Positions 18,567 to 27,189 of a stretch of DNA of 36,630 bases are shown one piece after another; the stretch's first letter is position 1; each line of letters begins with the position of its first letter. The stretch is taken from positions 1-36,630 of IMG/VR virus record IMGVR_UViG_3300022178_000294. One strand, 5' to 3'. The notes below the pieces were generated by a model, which was given only the letters and a program-made list of their open reading frames with translations, made no database searches and was not told the origin of the DNA. Position numbers and translations under genes: made by a program. This DNA comes from a virus. Lineage: Duplodnaviria; Caudoviricetes.

Positions 18567-18808
18567 TCTTTACCTCGTTTTATTCTTAGTTTAATTTGTT
18601 GCAGCATAAATCGTTGACCTTCTAAATGCCACAATACCCTATCTTCTGCATTAGGATTTAATGTAACATTATTCACTATAGTATCAAAAAATTCTAATAT
18701 TTTTTTTCCATCAGGATCAGAAAATACAGACGCAAATATTCTATCTATTTCACCTGTGTCTTGTTTACTGTTGTCCTTGCGGCTGCTGACTAGGGATTCC
18801 CAACTCAT
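18548..18808 (-). CDS. Bbp19-like small head-associated protein
   Basis: F..VF..PDGK.IL...EGQR motif, directly after the portal. Confidence 0.7.
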   Translation of the reverse strand: MSWESLVSSRKDNSKQDTGEIDRIFASVFSDPDGKKILEFFDTIVNNVTLNPNAEDRVLWHLEGQRFMLQQIKLRIKRGKEWLKKK

Positions 18809-20372
18809 CTTGAGCCATATTAGACTGTTGTTGCATATTTTGCAACTCTTGTATTATTTGTTGTTGTTCTTCAGGATCTCTAATTAATTTTTCTGGTAAT
18901 CCTAATTTTTCTGCTAAATATCTAGCTACTTCATCTTGTTTTACAATCATATTTAAAACTTGTGGACCAAATGTTTGAGCTAATATTGCATTGAAATTAT
19001 TAACTACAGCTACATCTTGTTGATGTTGTGCTTGTGCTAATGGTGATTGTGATATTACAGTTACTTCTCTATTATCAATTTTTGGTATTTGTATTCTACC
19101 TTGTTTAGATAATATTCTAATTACTCTACGAAGTAATGGTGTTACAAATTCAGATTGTAATCTACCAAATGAAGATCCAATTTGTCTTGATAAATCTGCC
19201 ATTCTTTCTGATACTTCTGTTGCTGACATTGGAGTACCTTCTGGTCTACCAAGTGATTCCATATACAAAGCTTTTTTAATATTTTGTCTCATGTCAGATA
19301 ATATTAATTGTGCTACATCAAATCTACCAGCTCCAGCTAAAGGAGTTAATCCTCTACTGTTAGGAGCTACAGGAATTAAAGCACCTGGCACAAGATTTAT
19401 ATTATCAGGATTAACAACACCATCATCTTCATAAGTATAAATACCACTAATATTCATTTGTGCATTTTGTAATATTAGTTCTACTGTAAGATTAGTTGTT
19501 TTAATTGCAGCCATACTATTAAAGATTGGACCACGACCATAAACTTCTCCTGATCCTTTATTCCATCTAAATACAATATAAGGATTACTTCCAACTCCAC
19601 TTAATTCTTTTTCAAAAATTATTTCTTCTTCATTCATACAAGCAACACAGTATTTAAATTTTTCTGTATTTGCTTCTTCATATGTTCTGTAAACACCTTC
19701 TACTATATTAGCTTTTTTACTTTCATTTTCTTCAATAGCTTTAAGCATAGTTTCAGACATTTCTGCTTTTGGATATGCAGTCATTAATTGGTTATAAGGT
19801 ATTTGTCTTTTTCTAAATACTGTATCAACTCTATTATCTGGCCCATTGTTCAACATAACTTTAGGTAAAGGTACAGCAGTAAATTTAATTGGATTTAATG
19901 CATCACCTTCTTCTACTAACATAACACCAGTACCAATAGCACAATCCATAAATGCTTCATGTACTTCTTGGTTAAAGTTTGATCCAGCTAATATTTCAAA
20001 AACATATTTAGTTATTTCATCTAATGCTTCATTAACTTGTGGCTTTTGTTCTTCTGGTATATCAGTACCAGCTTCAAAGTTTGCCCATCTTCCATATGTA
20101 GGAACTATACCAGCTTGTAATCTACTAGCAAATTCTTGTATTCCTACTACTGCTGTTTCATCAAATATTTTATCTGTACGTCTTTCACCTACAGTTTCTT
20201 CATAGAATGATTCTCTTGAAGGCATTGTGTATTCATATGCTTCTTCATATTTATCTTTCCAATGATCAAAGATTGTTTCTGCATCTTGATATTTTTTTAA
20301 AAAAGAAATAAATTTACCATCTTTATATCCTCCTGATCCTATACTTTTTTCTGCTACTGGTATAAAAGCCAT
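18765..20372 (-). CDS. Portal (head-tail connector) protein
   Basis: 535 aa with D...GTG, RW...GEVYGRGP and SATEV..R T7-type portal motifs. Confidence 0.95.
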   Translation of the reverse strand: MAFIPVAEKSIGSGGYKDGKFISFLKKYQDAETIFDHWKDKYEEAYEYTMPSRESFYEETVGERRTDKIFDETAVVGIQEFASRLQAGIVPTYGRWANFEAGTDIPEEQKPQVNEALDEITKYVFEILAGSNFNQEVHEAFMDCAIGTGVMLVEEGDALNPIKFTAVPLPKVMLNNGPDNRVDTVFRKRQIPYNQLMTAYPKAEMSETMLKAIEENESKKANIVEGVYRTYEEANTEKFKYCVACMNEEEIIFEKELSGVGSNPYIVFRWNKGSGEVYGRGPIFNSMAAIKTTNLTVELILQNAQMNISGIYTYEDDGVVNPDNINLVPGALIPVAPNSRGLTPLAGAGRFDVAQLILSDMRQNIKKALYMESLGRPEGTPMSATEVSERMADLSRQIGSSFGRLQSEFVTPLLRRVIRILSKQGRIQIPKIDNREVTVISQSPLAQAQHQQDVAVVNNFNAILAQTFGPQVLNMIVKQDEVARYLAEKLGLPEKLIRDPEEQQQIIQELQNMQQQSNMAQDELGIPSQQPQGQQ

Positions 20373-21106
20373 TACTGCATTTCTCCTTTAATTAATTTTT
20401 TACTACCACTAAAAAATGTTCTTTTACCTTTTAATGCTGCTTGATTTCTTGCTATTGCTTGTTTTCTTAATAGAGCTTGTTGTGCTGCTTCTTTAGAAGA
20501 TTCATTAGATTCTGCTTGTGCTTTAGTATCTTGTATTCTTGCATCAGAAATATCTGTATTACTTTTAGCTGCATAAGAAGTAGATGATGATGTACTTCCT
20601 AATGCACTATTAAAACTTGTTACATAATCAGAATATCTTTTTCTATTATAATCCATAAAAGCAGCACCCATTATTGGAACTCCTACAGCTGCCATAGCTC
20701 CTGTTGCAATCATTTGTATTCTTCTTTGTGATTCAAACATTTTTTCTGAAATTGGTATTTGATTCATAATACCACCAGCACCAACTGTACCCATTCCTGT
20801 TGGATTTTGTGTACCACCAACATTATAAGATCCATATTTTAATTGATGACCTCTTCCAGTAAGTCTATAATTAAATGATCCATCAGGATTTTGTGATCCT
20901 TTTGTAGCTTCACCAATACTTTCTAAATATTCATTAGTAGCTTTACTTGCTACTCCTCCATACATATCTGTACCAGATTTTTTAATTTCTTCTTTTACTT
21001 TTTTAGTACCACCTGTAATTTCAGCTTCTATAGATCTATCATTTCTATCACGACCTCTATCATCACCACCATAACTTCCACTTGATGTACTTGTTTTACC
21101 ACCCAT
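20372..21106 (-). CDS. Gly/Ser-rich hypothetical (possible virion/ejected) protein
   Basis: 244 aa upstream of the portal with one hydrophobic segment. Confidence 0.6.
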   Translation of the reverse strand: MGGKTSTSSGSYGGDDRGRDRNDRSIEAEITGGTKKVKEEIKKSGTDMYGGVASKATNEYLESIGEATKGSQNPDGSFNYRLTGRGHQLKYGSYNVGGTQNPTGMGTVGAGGIMNQIPISEKMFESQRRIQMIATGAMAAVGVPIMGAAFMDYNRKRYSDYVTSFNSALGSTSSSTSYAAKSNTDISDARIQDTKAQAESNESSKEAAQQALLRKQAIARNQAALKGKRTFFSGSKKLIKGEMQ

Positions 21107-21327
21107 TAGTTTTTCTTGCCTTCATAATAAAATCCTTTACCACCAGCTCTAGAAAATAATGATCGCATACCAACCATGCCTTTTGCTTTTCTTCTTTTTA
21201 ATTTTTTTTCTTTAGCTTCTAATTTTTCTTGTTCTTCTAATTCTTCTTCTCTTCTTCTTTCAATATCTTCTCTTACTGCTTTATCTGCAGCAGTTTCTTG
21301 ATACTTTGGCTTTCTAAATGCACCCAT
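21106..21327 (-). CDS. Small charged hypothetical protein
   Basis: MG...KPK...G.RSL pattern seen in small pre-portal podovirus proteins. Confidence 0.6.
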   Translation of the reverse strand: MGAFRKPKYQETAADKAVREDIERRREEELEEQEKLEAKEKKLKRRKAKGMVGMRSLFSRAGGKGFYYEGKKN

Positions 21328-21329
21328 AA

Positions 21330-21743
21330 TTATAGTTCTATTTCACACATTCCATTCTTTTTCAACGCACAATATAGCTGATTAGGTGTAAATATCCAAA
21401 ACCTAGACCAGCCTATTAGTCGTTGCACATAACTTACACAACTATGTTCTTTAATCCATGATCCCATAATTACAGGAAACTTAGATATTTTATCTTGTAT
21501 TGGCACTTTTAATATGTGTCCATTCTTCATTTGTATTAATCTAAATATTTTATCTACTTCATCTTCATTAAGTATTTCTATATTTAATTTACCAAATAAG
21601 TATTCTGATATTATCCATATTTTTTTTTCTGCATCATAACCCATTACTCCACAATGCTTAAAACCTTTTTTAAAAAATTTAGTATGCCTATGATAATCTC
21701 TATTTTCGTAGAAATATACTAACCATTCATTCTGTTTTGCCAT
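21330..21743 (-). CDS. Hypothetical protein, possible permuted papain-like (NlpC/P60) peptidase
   Basis: His-before-Cys order: FKHCGV ... HSCVSYVQRLIG ... FTPNQLY. Confidence 0.5.
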   Translation of the reverse strand: MAKQNEWLVYFYENRDYHRHTKFFKKGFKHCGVMGYDAEKKIWIISEYLFGKLNIEILNEDEVDKIFRLIQMKNGHILKVPIQDKISKFPVIMGSWIKEHSCVSYVQRLIGWSRFWIFTPNQLYCALKKNGMCEIEL

Positions 21744-23236
21744 ACACTTCTTCTTTTTTTATCACCAAATATACTCCAACCTCTAGTTTTAACTACTGTT
21801 GGACTTTTAGCTTTACCAGATATTAACTGTTTACCTTCACCAGCACCTAGTAATAGATACTGTAGTGCATCGTGAACATGGGAATATCTATTCTTCATAG
21901 GTTTTTCATCATATCTGTCGCCTGAAGTTTGCATCCTTCTATAGAAATAACCACCATTAAAACCTTTTTTAAGATTTATACATCTGTGATCTACTAAAAA
22001 ACCAGAAGATCCTTCTACTAATCTAGCTAATGATGTTTCTACAGCTTCTATTCTAAGAGCTACATCGTTACTATGAGTAGGTTTACCCATTATTCCATTC
22101 TGTCTTAGTATTTGAAATGGTGTTGTTTCGTCAGTTTGAGCTCTAAAATCTCCTGCCGGGTCACCATATACTTCAATATCTTGCGTTCTATAGTTCTTTG
22201 CTATCTCATGTTTTAGTAATTCACTAAACCTTGCTATACCCATATCAAAACATACTAACTCTTGTAGTATTAACCATCTACCATTAGGTAACTTCTGACC
22301 AAAGACTGCAGCTGGTGTCAGTCCAAAGTCAATACCAATGAATACTGGTACTTGAGCTGGCTCTAAATCTTCTTTAGATAAATGTATTTCCATATTCCAG
22401 TTAGGATATACTGGTTTACCTTCTTCTAAAGATCCAAGTTTATTCATTACATAAACATCAATCCAACCTTTCATCTTACCTTTAATAATATTGTTGTAAT
22501 ATTTTTCTGTAAGATTGTTTTTGTTCTCACATTTTTTATTATCTACATATCCTTTTAATGTTCCGTCTTTATTTTTATCTTCTATCAATGCTGGTGGCTG
22601 CGTATAAAAATTCCAGTTATCAGGTTTAACTAACATCAGAGCTTCATCTCTTGATAGATGATCTGGTACTGGTACATCACCAGCCATAATAGGCCACCAA
22701 TGATCTTCTTCTGGTGCGTTAGTATCTGCAATAACTCCATACCAAGAAGCACCACCATCACGCATACTAGGATATCTACCTACCCTCATAGTACAAGCGT
22801 CTACAATGCTCTTAGGAAGCTCTCTGGCTTCGTTTACCCATACTCCTGTTAGTTCTAATGATAAAAGTTTTTTAACATCTTCAGGTCTATCTAAAGCTAA
22901 GAATATGACCTCTAATTCTAGTTCACCTACATTTATTCTATGCGTATAAGGTACTGACCATGAGAATACACCCCATTCGTTTTCAGGAAACCAGTCTAAC
23001 CACGTTTTGATAGTAGTCGTTTTAAGTTGCGGATTAGTGTTCCGAATAACGGCCCACCTACTTTTTCTTTTCCCTTGCGAATTTTTTTCTTGTTGTAAAG
23101 CACGTCTAAGTACCTCAATACAACAAGCGACAGACTTGCCACTTCCTACTGGACCTCGTAAACCTCTAAAGAACTCATTACCTTTTAGAAAGTTCTTTAA
23201 GGTATTGCCATCTGGTTTGTAACTTAGTTGTGCCAT
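21719..23236 (-). CDS. terL: Terminase large subunit
   Basis: Walker A GPVGSGKS, Walker B WVNEARE, nuclease GIDFG and H.HDALQY. Confidence 0.95.
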   Translation of the reverse strand: MAQLSYKPDGNTLKNFLKGNEFFRGLRGPVGSGKSVACCIEVLRRALQQEKNSQGKRKSRWAVIRNTNPQLKTTTIKTWLDWFPENEWGVFSWSVPYTHRINVGELELEVIFLALDRPEDVKKLLSLELTGVWVNEARELPKSIVDACTMRVGRYPSMRDGGASWYGVIADTNAPEEDHWWPIMAGDVPVPDHLSRDEALMLVKPDNWNFYTQPPALIEDKNKDGTLKGYVDNKKCENKNNLTEKYYNNIIKGKMKGWIDVYVMNKLGSLEEGKPVYPNWNMEIHLSKEDLEPAQVPVFIGIDFGLTPAAVFGQKLPNGRWLILQELVCFDMGIARFSELLKHEIAKNYRTQDIEVYGDPAGDFRAQTDETTPFQILRQNGIMGKPTHSNDVALRIEAVETSLARLVEGSSGFLVDHRCINLKKGFNGGYFYRRMQTSGDRYDEKPMKNRYSHVHDALQYLLLGAGEGKQLISGKAKSPTVVKTRGWSIFGDKKRRSVWQNRMNG

Positions 23237-23765
23237 TTATACTAGATTCTTGTCTATCGCTACTTTTAGCAAATTTTCTCTGATCTTTGGGCCAAGGCTT
23301 TCGATTAATTTGTCTGCTTCCTTGTCCGTTATCAAATCCTCTGGAAGGTATCTTAGATGTACTTTTTTTACGATCTGCCTTAGCTTCCGTCTTTCTGCTA
23401 GAGAAATGTTGAATAGCTGTCTGTTCTCCAGATTCACTACTTCGTCTGTTTTGTCTATACTCATACAAAAATTCCTTAAATAAATCCCAGTCAAGATATA
23501 CCATTGGACTAGAAAAGTCTCTTTTTAATACTAATAAATCAGCAGATCCTTTCCATTTATCTAGTTGAGCAAAGCCTTCGCCATTTTTTCTAGCTTTAAC
23601 TTCTATATTAGTTCCTTCAAATAGATCAGATACCTGAACATCATGAGGGAACGCAGCAATAGCACCAGATAAAGGTTGTCGTCTAGCATTAAACCCTTCA
23701 GCTTGGAAGAGTTTTACTATTTCGTTCTCTACTCTAGTACCCTTTCTTTTTGCTTTGCTTGACAA
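23178..23765 (-). CDS. Holliday junction resolvase (Hjc-type PD-(D/E)xK)
   Basis: K.KG...E.E....G..A.R...SGA.....D......IEVK motif in the first ~100 aa. Confidence 0.8.
   Translation of the reverse strand: MSSKAKRKGTRVENEIVKLFQAEGFNARRQPLSGAIAAFPHDVQVSDLFEGTNIEVKARKNGEGFAQLDKWKGSADLLVLKRDFSSPMVYLDWDLFKEFLYEYRQNRRSSESGEQTAIQHFSSRKTEAKADRKKSTSKIPSRGFDNGQGSRQINRKPWPKDQRKFAKSSDRQESSINGTTKLQTRWQYLKELSKR
23237..23464 (-). CDS. Hypothetical protein
   Basis: Probable start MSIDKTD. Its stop abuts the terL ATG, and it is nested in the resolvase ORF. Confidence 0.6.
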   Translation of the reverse strand: MSIDKTDEVVNLENRQLFNISLAERRKLRQIVKKVHLRYLPEDLITDKEADKLIESLGPKIRENLLKVAIDKNLV

Positions 23766-23853
23766 CTTTCATTCCTTTTTTCTTTGCTGTTTCTTTTGCT
23801 TTTTTCTTTCCAGCAGCAGTATATGGAAATTTCATTTTACCAACTTTAGGCAT
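23734..23853 (-). CDS. Small basic protein, 39 aa
   Basis: Manual translation MPKVGKMKFPYTAAGKKKAKETAKKKGMKVVKQSKKKGY*, with GAGG SD. Confidence 0.75.
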   Translation of the reverse strand: MPKVGKMKFPYTAAGKKKAKETAKKKGMKVVKQSKKKGY

Positions 23854-24034
23854 TTTGGACCTCACTTTCTGTATTTACTTTAGACTTTAAAACTTGACTA
23901 CGCAATACTATTCTATCTTCATAGGCTTTATCTAGTTTATTCATTAATACTTTATTTATTTCTTTAATATCTTTTACTTCTTCTTGAAGTAGCTTCATGT
24001 CAGTCGTCAAATCATCTATAGTCATAGTTTTCAT
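23846..24034 (-). CDS. Small coiled-coil protein
   Basis: Heptad pattern and GAAGGA SD. Confidence 0.65.
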   Translation of the reverse strand: MKTMTIDDLTTDMKLLQEEVKDIKEINKVLMNKLDKAYEDRIVLRSQVLKSKVNTESEVQNA

Positions 24035-24104
24035 TCCTTCTTGTTATAAAATTTTTTAGGGTAAACTACAACTATATTAGAAATATAATATTATTTCAAT
24101 TCAC

Positions 24105-24347
24105 TTAACAGTTCCAAGCTCTTAAAGATTTGGACAATCTATCTTTCCCAGTATTATTGCTTGGTTTTTGTCTTTTTCTCATTCCCTTCATTCTTGCACA
24201 GAATGATTTTCTTCTTTTGCTCCCCTTCTTCTTGGTAGGAGCTTTTAAATTGCCACCAGTAGCTCTGTTATAACTAGCTCTACCCTTGGCATTTAATCCA
24301 CCTTTAGGATTCTTTCCTTCTTTTCTTTGCCACGCTGGAGTAGACAC
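24105..24347 (-). CDS. Small basic protein (DUF6321-like)
   Basis: PAWQRKEGKNP.GGLNAKGR...RRKSFCARM.G...SLR.WNC. Confidence 0.75.
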   Translation of the reverse strand: MSTPAWQRKEGKNPKGGLNAKGRASYNRATGGNLKAPTKKKGSKRRKSFCARMKGMRKRQKPSNNTGKDRLSKSLRAWNC

Positions 24348-24484
24348 TACTTTTTCTTCTTTTTAGGAAATCCAGCTTTCATATTGGCATAAGATTTAGC
24401 TGACACCGTACTCTTAGACTTAGGTCTAGATGTACCAGCTTTCTTTCTAGCATTTATATTCGCATATAATCCTCTTTTAGCCAT
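24347..24484 (-). CDS. Small basic protein, 45 aa
   Basis: Manual translation MAKRGLYANINARKKAGTSRPKSKSTVSAKSYANMKAGFPKKKKK*. TAG overlaps the next GTG. Confidence 0.75.
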   Translation of the reverse strand: MAKRGLYANINARKKAGTSRPKSKSTVSAKSYANMKAGFPKKKKK

Positions 24485-24499
24485 TCCTTATCCTTCTAT

Positions 24500-24523
24500 T
24501 TGCCTTGCAAGGCTATGAGAGAA
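24500..24523. repeat. Palindromic direct repeat, copy 1 (operator-like)
   Basis: TTGCCTTGCAAGGCTATGAGAGAA, 21/24 identical to 25450..25473. Confidence 0.65.
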
Positions 24524-24555
24524 ACCCTCTCTTGGTTTATGTCTTAAGACTATTT

Positions 24556-24584
24556 ACCTTAAATCTTAGAAATATATTTGTCTA
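24556..24584 (-). promoter_or_regulatory. Putative sigma70 promoter for late genes
   Basis: TAGACA-17 nt-TAAGGT on the minus strand. Confidence 0.45.
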
Positions 24585-24675
24585 CGCACATTTGATTTAC
24601 TTTTTTTAACTCTGTTGTGTGTATGACAGGTTTACACTTAACCACTGTTCAGTTTTTAACCCCCACCCTCTCGTT

Positions 24676-25056
24676 CTAACTAAGATCGATACTAACCTTT
24701 ATGTCTCCAATTACTTGGTGATTAACTTTGTCTGGTGTACGTAACCCAACTCTATCTAGTATGTCTCTACTAGCTTCTAGCTGAACATACTCTGATTTAG
24801 CGCCATTACTAAGGGCAACTAACTTATTACTTGCTGTTACTGCACCTAGACCTATCGTTCTTGACACACATTCCATCATGTACTTCTGTACTTTTGGGAG
24901 ACGTAGTGTACGAGAAGCACTTACTCTTGCACTATCTCTACTGACTTTTGTTGAGTAACCAGCCTTTTCTGCTGCTGCAACAATACTACAGCCTGTTGAT
25001 ACGATGGTATCGACAAGTGCCTTTTGTTTATCTGTTAATTCAGTATTATCCGTCAT
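24676..25056 (-). CDS. terS: Terminase small subunit
   Basis: LT.KQ..LV......AA..AGYS....AS..L..PKV..Y HTH signature. Confidence 0.85.
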   Translation of the reverse strand: MTDNTELTDKQKALVDTIVSTGCSIVAAAEKAGYSTKVSRDSARVSASRTLRLPKVQKYMMECVSRTIGLGAVTASNKLVALSNGAKSEYVQLEASRDILDRVGLRTPDKVNHQVIGDIKVSIDLS

Positions 25057-25073
25057 CTCGCTATCGGTGGATA

Positions 25074-25101
25074 ATAGTAATCATTGTAAAAATCATGTCA
25101 A
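25074..25101 (-). promoter_or_regulatory. Putative sigma70 promoter for terS
   Basis: TTGACA-16 nt-TACTAT on the minus strand. Confidence 0.45.
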
Positions 25102-25246
25102 GCATAATCAACATGGTGTGACGATTGGAGCTTGTTCCAGCCCTCGCTAAAGTCGAGCCAAGGTCTCGCCCCTACGGGCTTCGGTCTGGGCTATGTGTGA
25201 GAGGTGTATAGGGGATAAAAGATGAATTAAGTGAAAAGAGGTAAGA

Positions 25247-25342
25247 ATGAGTATAATAATAATAATTATGTTAATATGGATATTAGTAATAGTAAGAGGA
25301 ATAAAGAAATCTCTTATGTCTAATAAACATGATAATGATTAA
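25247..25342 (+). CDS. Single-TM micropeptide, 31 aa
   Basis: MSIIIIIMLIWILVIVRGIKKSLMSNKHDND*, preceded by GAGGT SD. Confidence 0.5.
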   Translation: MSIIIIIMLIWILVIVRGIKKSLMSNKHDND

Positions 25343-25449
25343 GATAAACTAGTCAACCCACAAGGGGTGCAGCATAGCTGCCTTTACCCCCCCTTATTCG
25401 TAAGATTTGGGGAAAGGGATAAAGTGACAAGTATATCTAAATCACTACC

Positions 25450-25473
25450 TTGCCTTGCAAGACTGTGAGAAAA
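25450..25473. repeat. Palindromic direct repeat, copy 2 (operator-like)
   Basis: TTGCCTTGCAAGACTGTGAGAAAA. Confidence 0.65.
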
Positions 25474-25508
25474 GCTCACTATCAAATAGTAACACAAAGG
25501 AGTTACAC

Positions 25509-26099
25509 ATGACTATATATCAAAATACAATACAAGCACTACAACTTACTTACGATCATCAATTAGATTGTCAGGTAATGGATATCAATAAAGCTGGTGA
25601 AAGCTATGATGTTGGTTTACTTGACTTTAACATTACCATGAATAGACTTATTTCAGGTATGTCAGATAGATTAGAAATAGTAGAGAAAATGCGTACAGCA
25701 ACAACTAATCAAATTGCATATTTAAAACGTCAAAAAGGCAGTTCATCTGCTTTGACTTCATTAGGTTTAAAAGCACAATTTCAAGAGATTGATTCTTTGC
25801 GATTAGGTAATTTAGAAACTCAATTAAAAGCTAGAGAGTTTCAATATGATATGCTTTACAATAGATTAAAAGCACATCTTGACTACTTTCAGGACAAAAC
25901 AGGCGATGTATGGCAACCATATCAAGCTAAGAATCCTGTTAAATATAACAATATATCAGATGACAAAAAGAAAGCTATACATGACAAAGAATTAGCTAAA
26001 ACTAAACAATGGTATAATGACAATTATGGTAAACTAGAAAAACCTTTAGATAATGAAGATGGTACTATATCTTCAGAATTAATCCCAGCTTACGCATAG
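25509..26099 (+). CDS. Hypothetical early protein (coiled-coil)
   Basis: AAAGGAG SD before ATG at 25509. Confidence 0.8.
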   Translation: MTIYQNTIQALQLTYDHQLDCQVMDINKAGESYDVGLLDFNITMNRLISGMSDRLEIVEKMRTATTNQIAYLKRQKGSSSALTSLGLKAQFQEIDSLRLGNLETQLKAREFQYDMLYNRLKAHLDYFQDKTGDVWQPYQAKNPVKYNNISDDKKKAIHDKELAKTKQWYNDNYGKLEKPLDNEDGTISSELIPAYA

Positions 26100-26118
26100 T
26101 TGGGATTTTATAAATTTT

Positions 26119-26145
26119 CGCGAGCCTTCGGCTCGCGTTTCCTTT
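26119..26145 (+). terminator. Intrinsic terminator-like hairpin
   Basis: CGCGAGCC-ttc-GGCTCGCG followed by TTTCCTTT. Confidence 0.7.
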
Positions 26146-26429
26146 GTTAAGAAAGGTGGTGATTCGTATGACTACAAGTCGGTTATAGACGTAGAATGCA
26201 TGTTTATTGATATCCAATAAACTTAGCCAGAATGTAAAAAAGGTCTGGTGACTACAATGTAACCAAGTAGAAAAAATGATAGAGACAATACTAGCTAACT
26301 TGTAAGTGGATAACCTAGTGTCTAACTGTATAACTTACGAAGCAAGAAGTACAAGGTCGGACTGGCATAGCCAGGCCTCCCTGTCGGTCGCATTGGACTG
26401 ACTTAACCGAAAACTATGGAGAATAATAT

Positions 26430-26927
26430 ATGATAACTAAAGCATTTAAATCAGGTATGTGGGTAGGTAGCACACTACTTAACAGTAAAATATACAAATC
26501 TGCTAAACGTAAAGGTTTGTGGTATTACCGATTATTTATATCAGAAGATTTTGCTAAAACTATGGGCGATATCTATGATATGAATGTTCTTGAAAGAAAG
26601 CTAAAAGGTCTATCGAAGTTAAAGAAAAGAGTATTTAATGTAGATGATGATGGCAATATATGGGATCCAGCTTCTGGTGAAATATTTGGCAATGTAAATG
26701 CATTTACACCAAAACCAGCTACTCCTAAAACAGAGCCAAAAGCTGACTTTGACTTTGATCAAACTGTATCAGAACTAATAGTTAAACATTATGAGTATGA
26801 TACAGCTAATGAAATAGCTGGAGCTGTTGCTAAAGATTTAATGGAAAACTATAATTATGTAACCAGTATGGAAGAAGATGATCAAATTACTGACATGATT
26901 AATGAATATACAGATAGTCAAAGATAA
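26430..26927 (+). CDS. Hypothetical protein
   Basis: GGAG SD. Basic N-terminal half, acidic C-terminal half. Confidence 0.75.
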   Translation: MITKAFKSGMWVGSTLLNSKIYKSAKRKGLWYYRLFISEDFAKTMGDIYDMNVLERKLKGLSKLKKRVFNVDDDGNIWDPASGEIFGNVNAFTPKPATPKTEPKADFDFDQTVSELIVKHYEYDTANEIAGAVAKDLMENYNYVTSMEEDDQITDMINEYTDSQR

Positions 26928-26998
26928 TGGGTATCTTAGACATAACCATATTATTAGTAGTAGGAATTACTATGATATACATACAAGCGAGGAAATGA
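26927..26998 (+). CDS. Single-TM micropeptide, 23 aa
   Basis: MGILDITILLVVGITMIYIQARK*, TAATG-coupled upstream and TGATG-coupled downstream. Confidence 0.6.
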   Translation: MGILDITILLVVGITMIYIQARK

Positions 26999-27189
26999 TG
27001 AGTAAAATAGGTAATTGGATATTAGAAATGACCGAATACGCAGCTGAATCTACAAGAGAAGAATTTATCAAAAAGTATGGTGAAGCTAATGTAGATATAT
27101 GGGATTCTAATAAACAAGAAAAGTTAGAACATGAATTAATCCCAAGCATACATGATGTTCAACATGAATTAACAAAGGAGAATAAATGA
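26998..27189 (+). CDS. Hypothetical protein
   Basis: Probable start MSKIGNWILEM after a GAGG SD. Confidence 0.7.
   Translation: MSKIGNWILEMTEYAAESTREEFIKKYGEANVDIWDSNKQEKLEHELIPSIHDVQHELTKENK

Noticed and set aside
19846-23483. Plus-strand ORFs 19846..20205, 22658..22852, 23007..23222, 23250..23483
   Set aside because: Antisense to portal, terL and neighbours, with no recognisable motifs.
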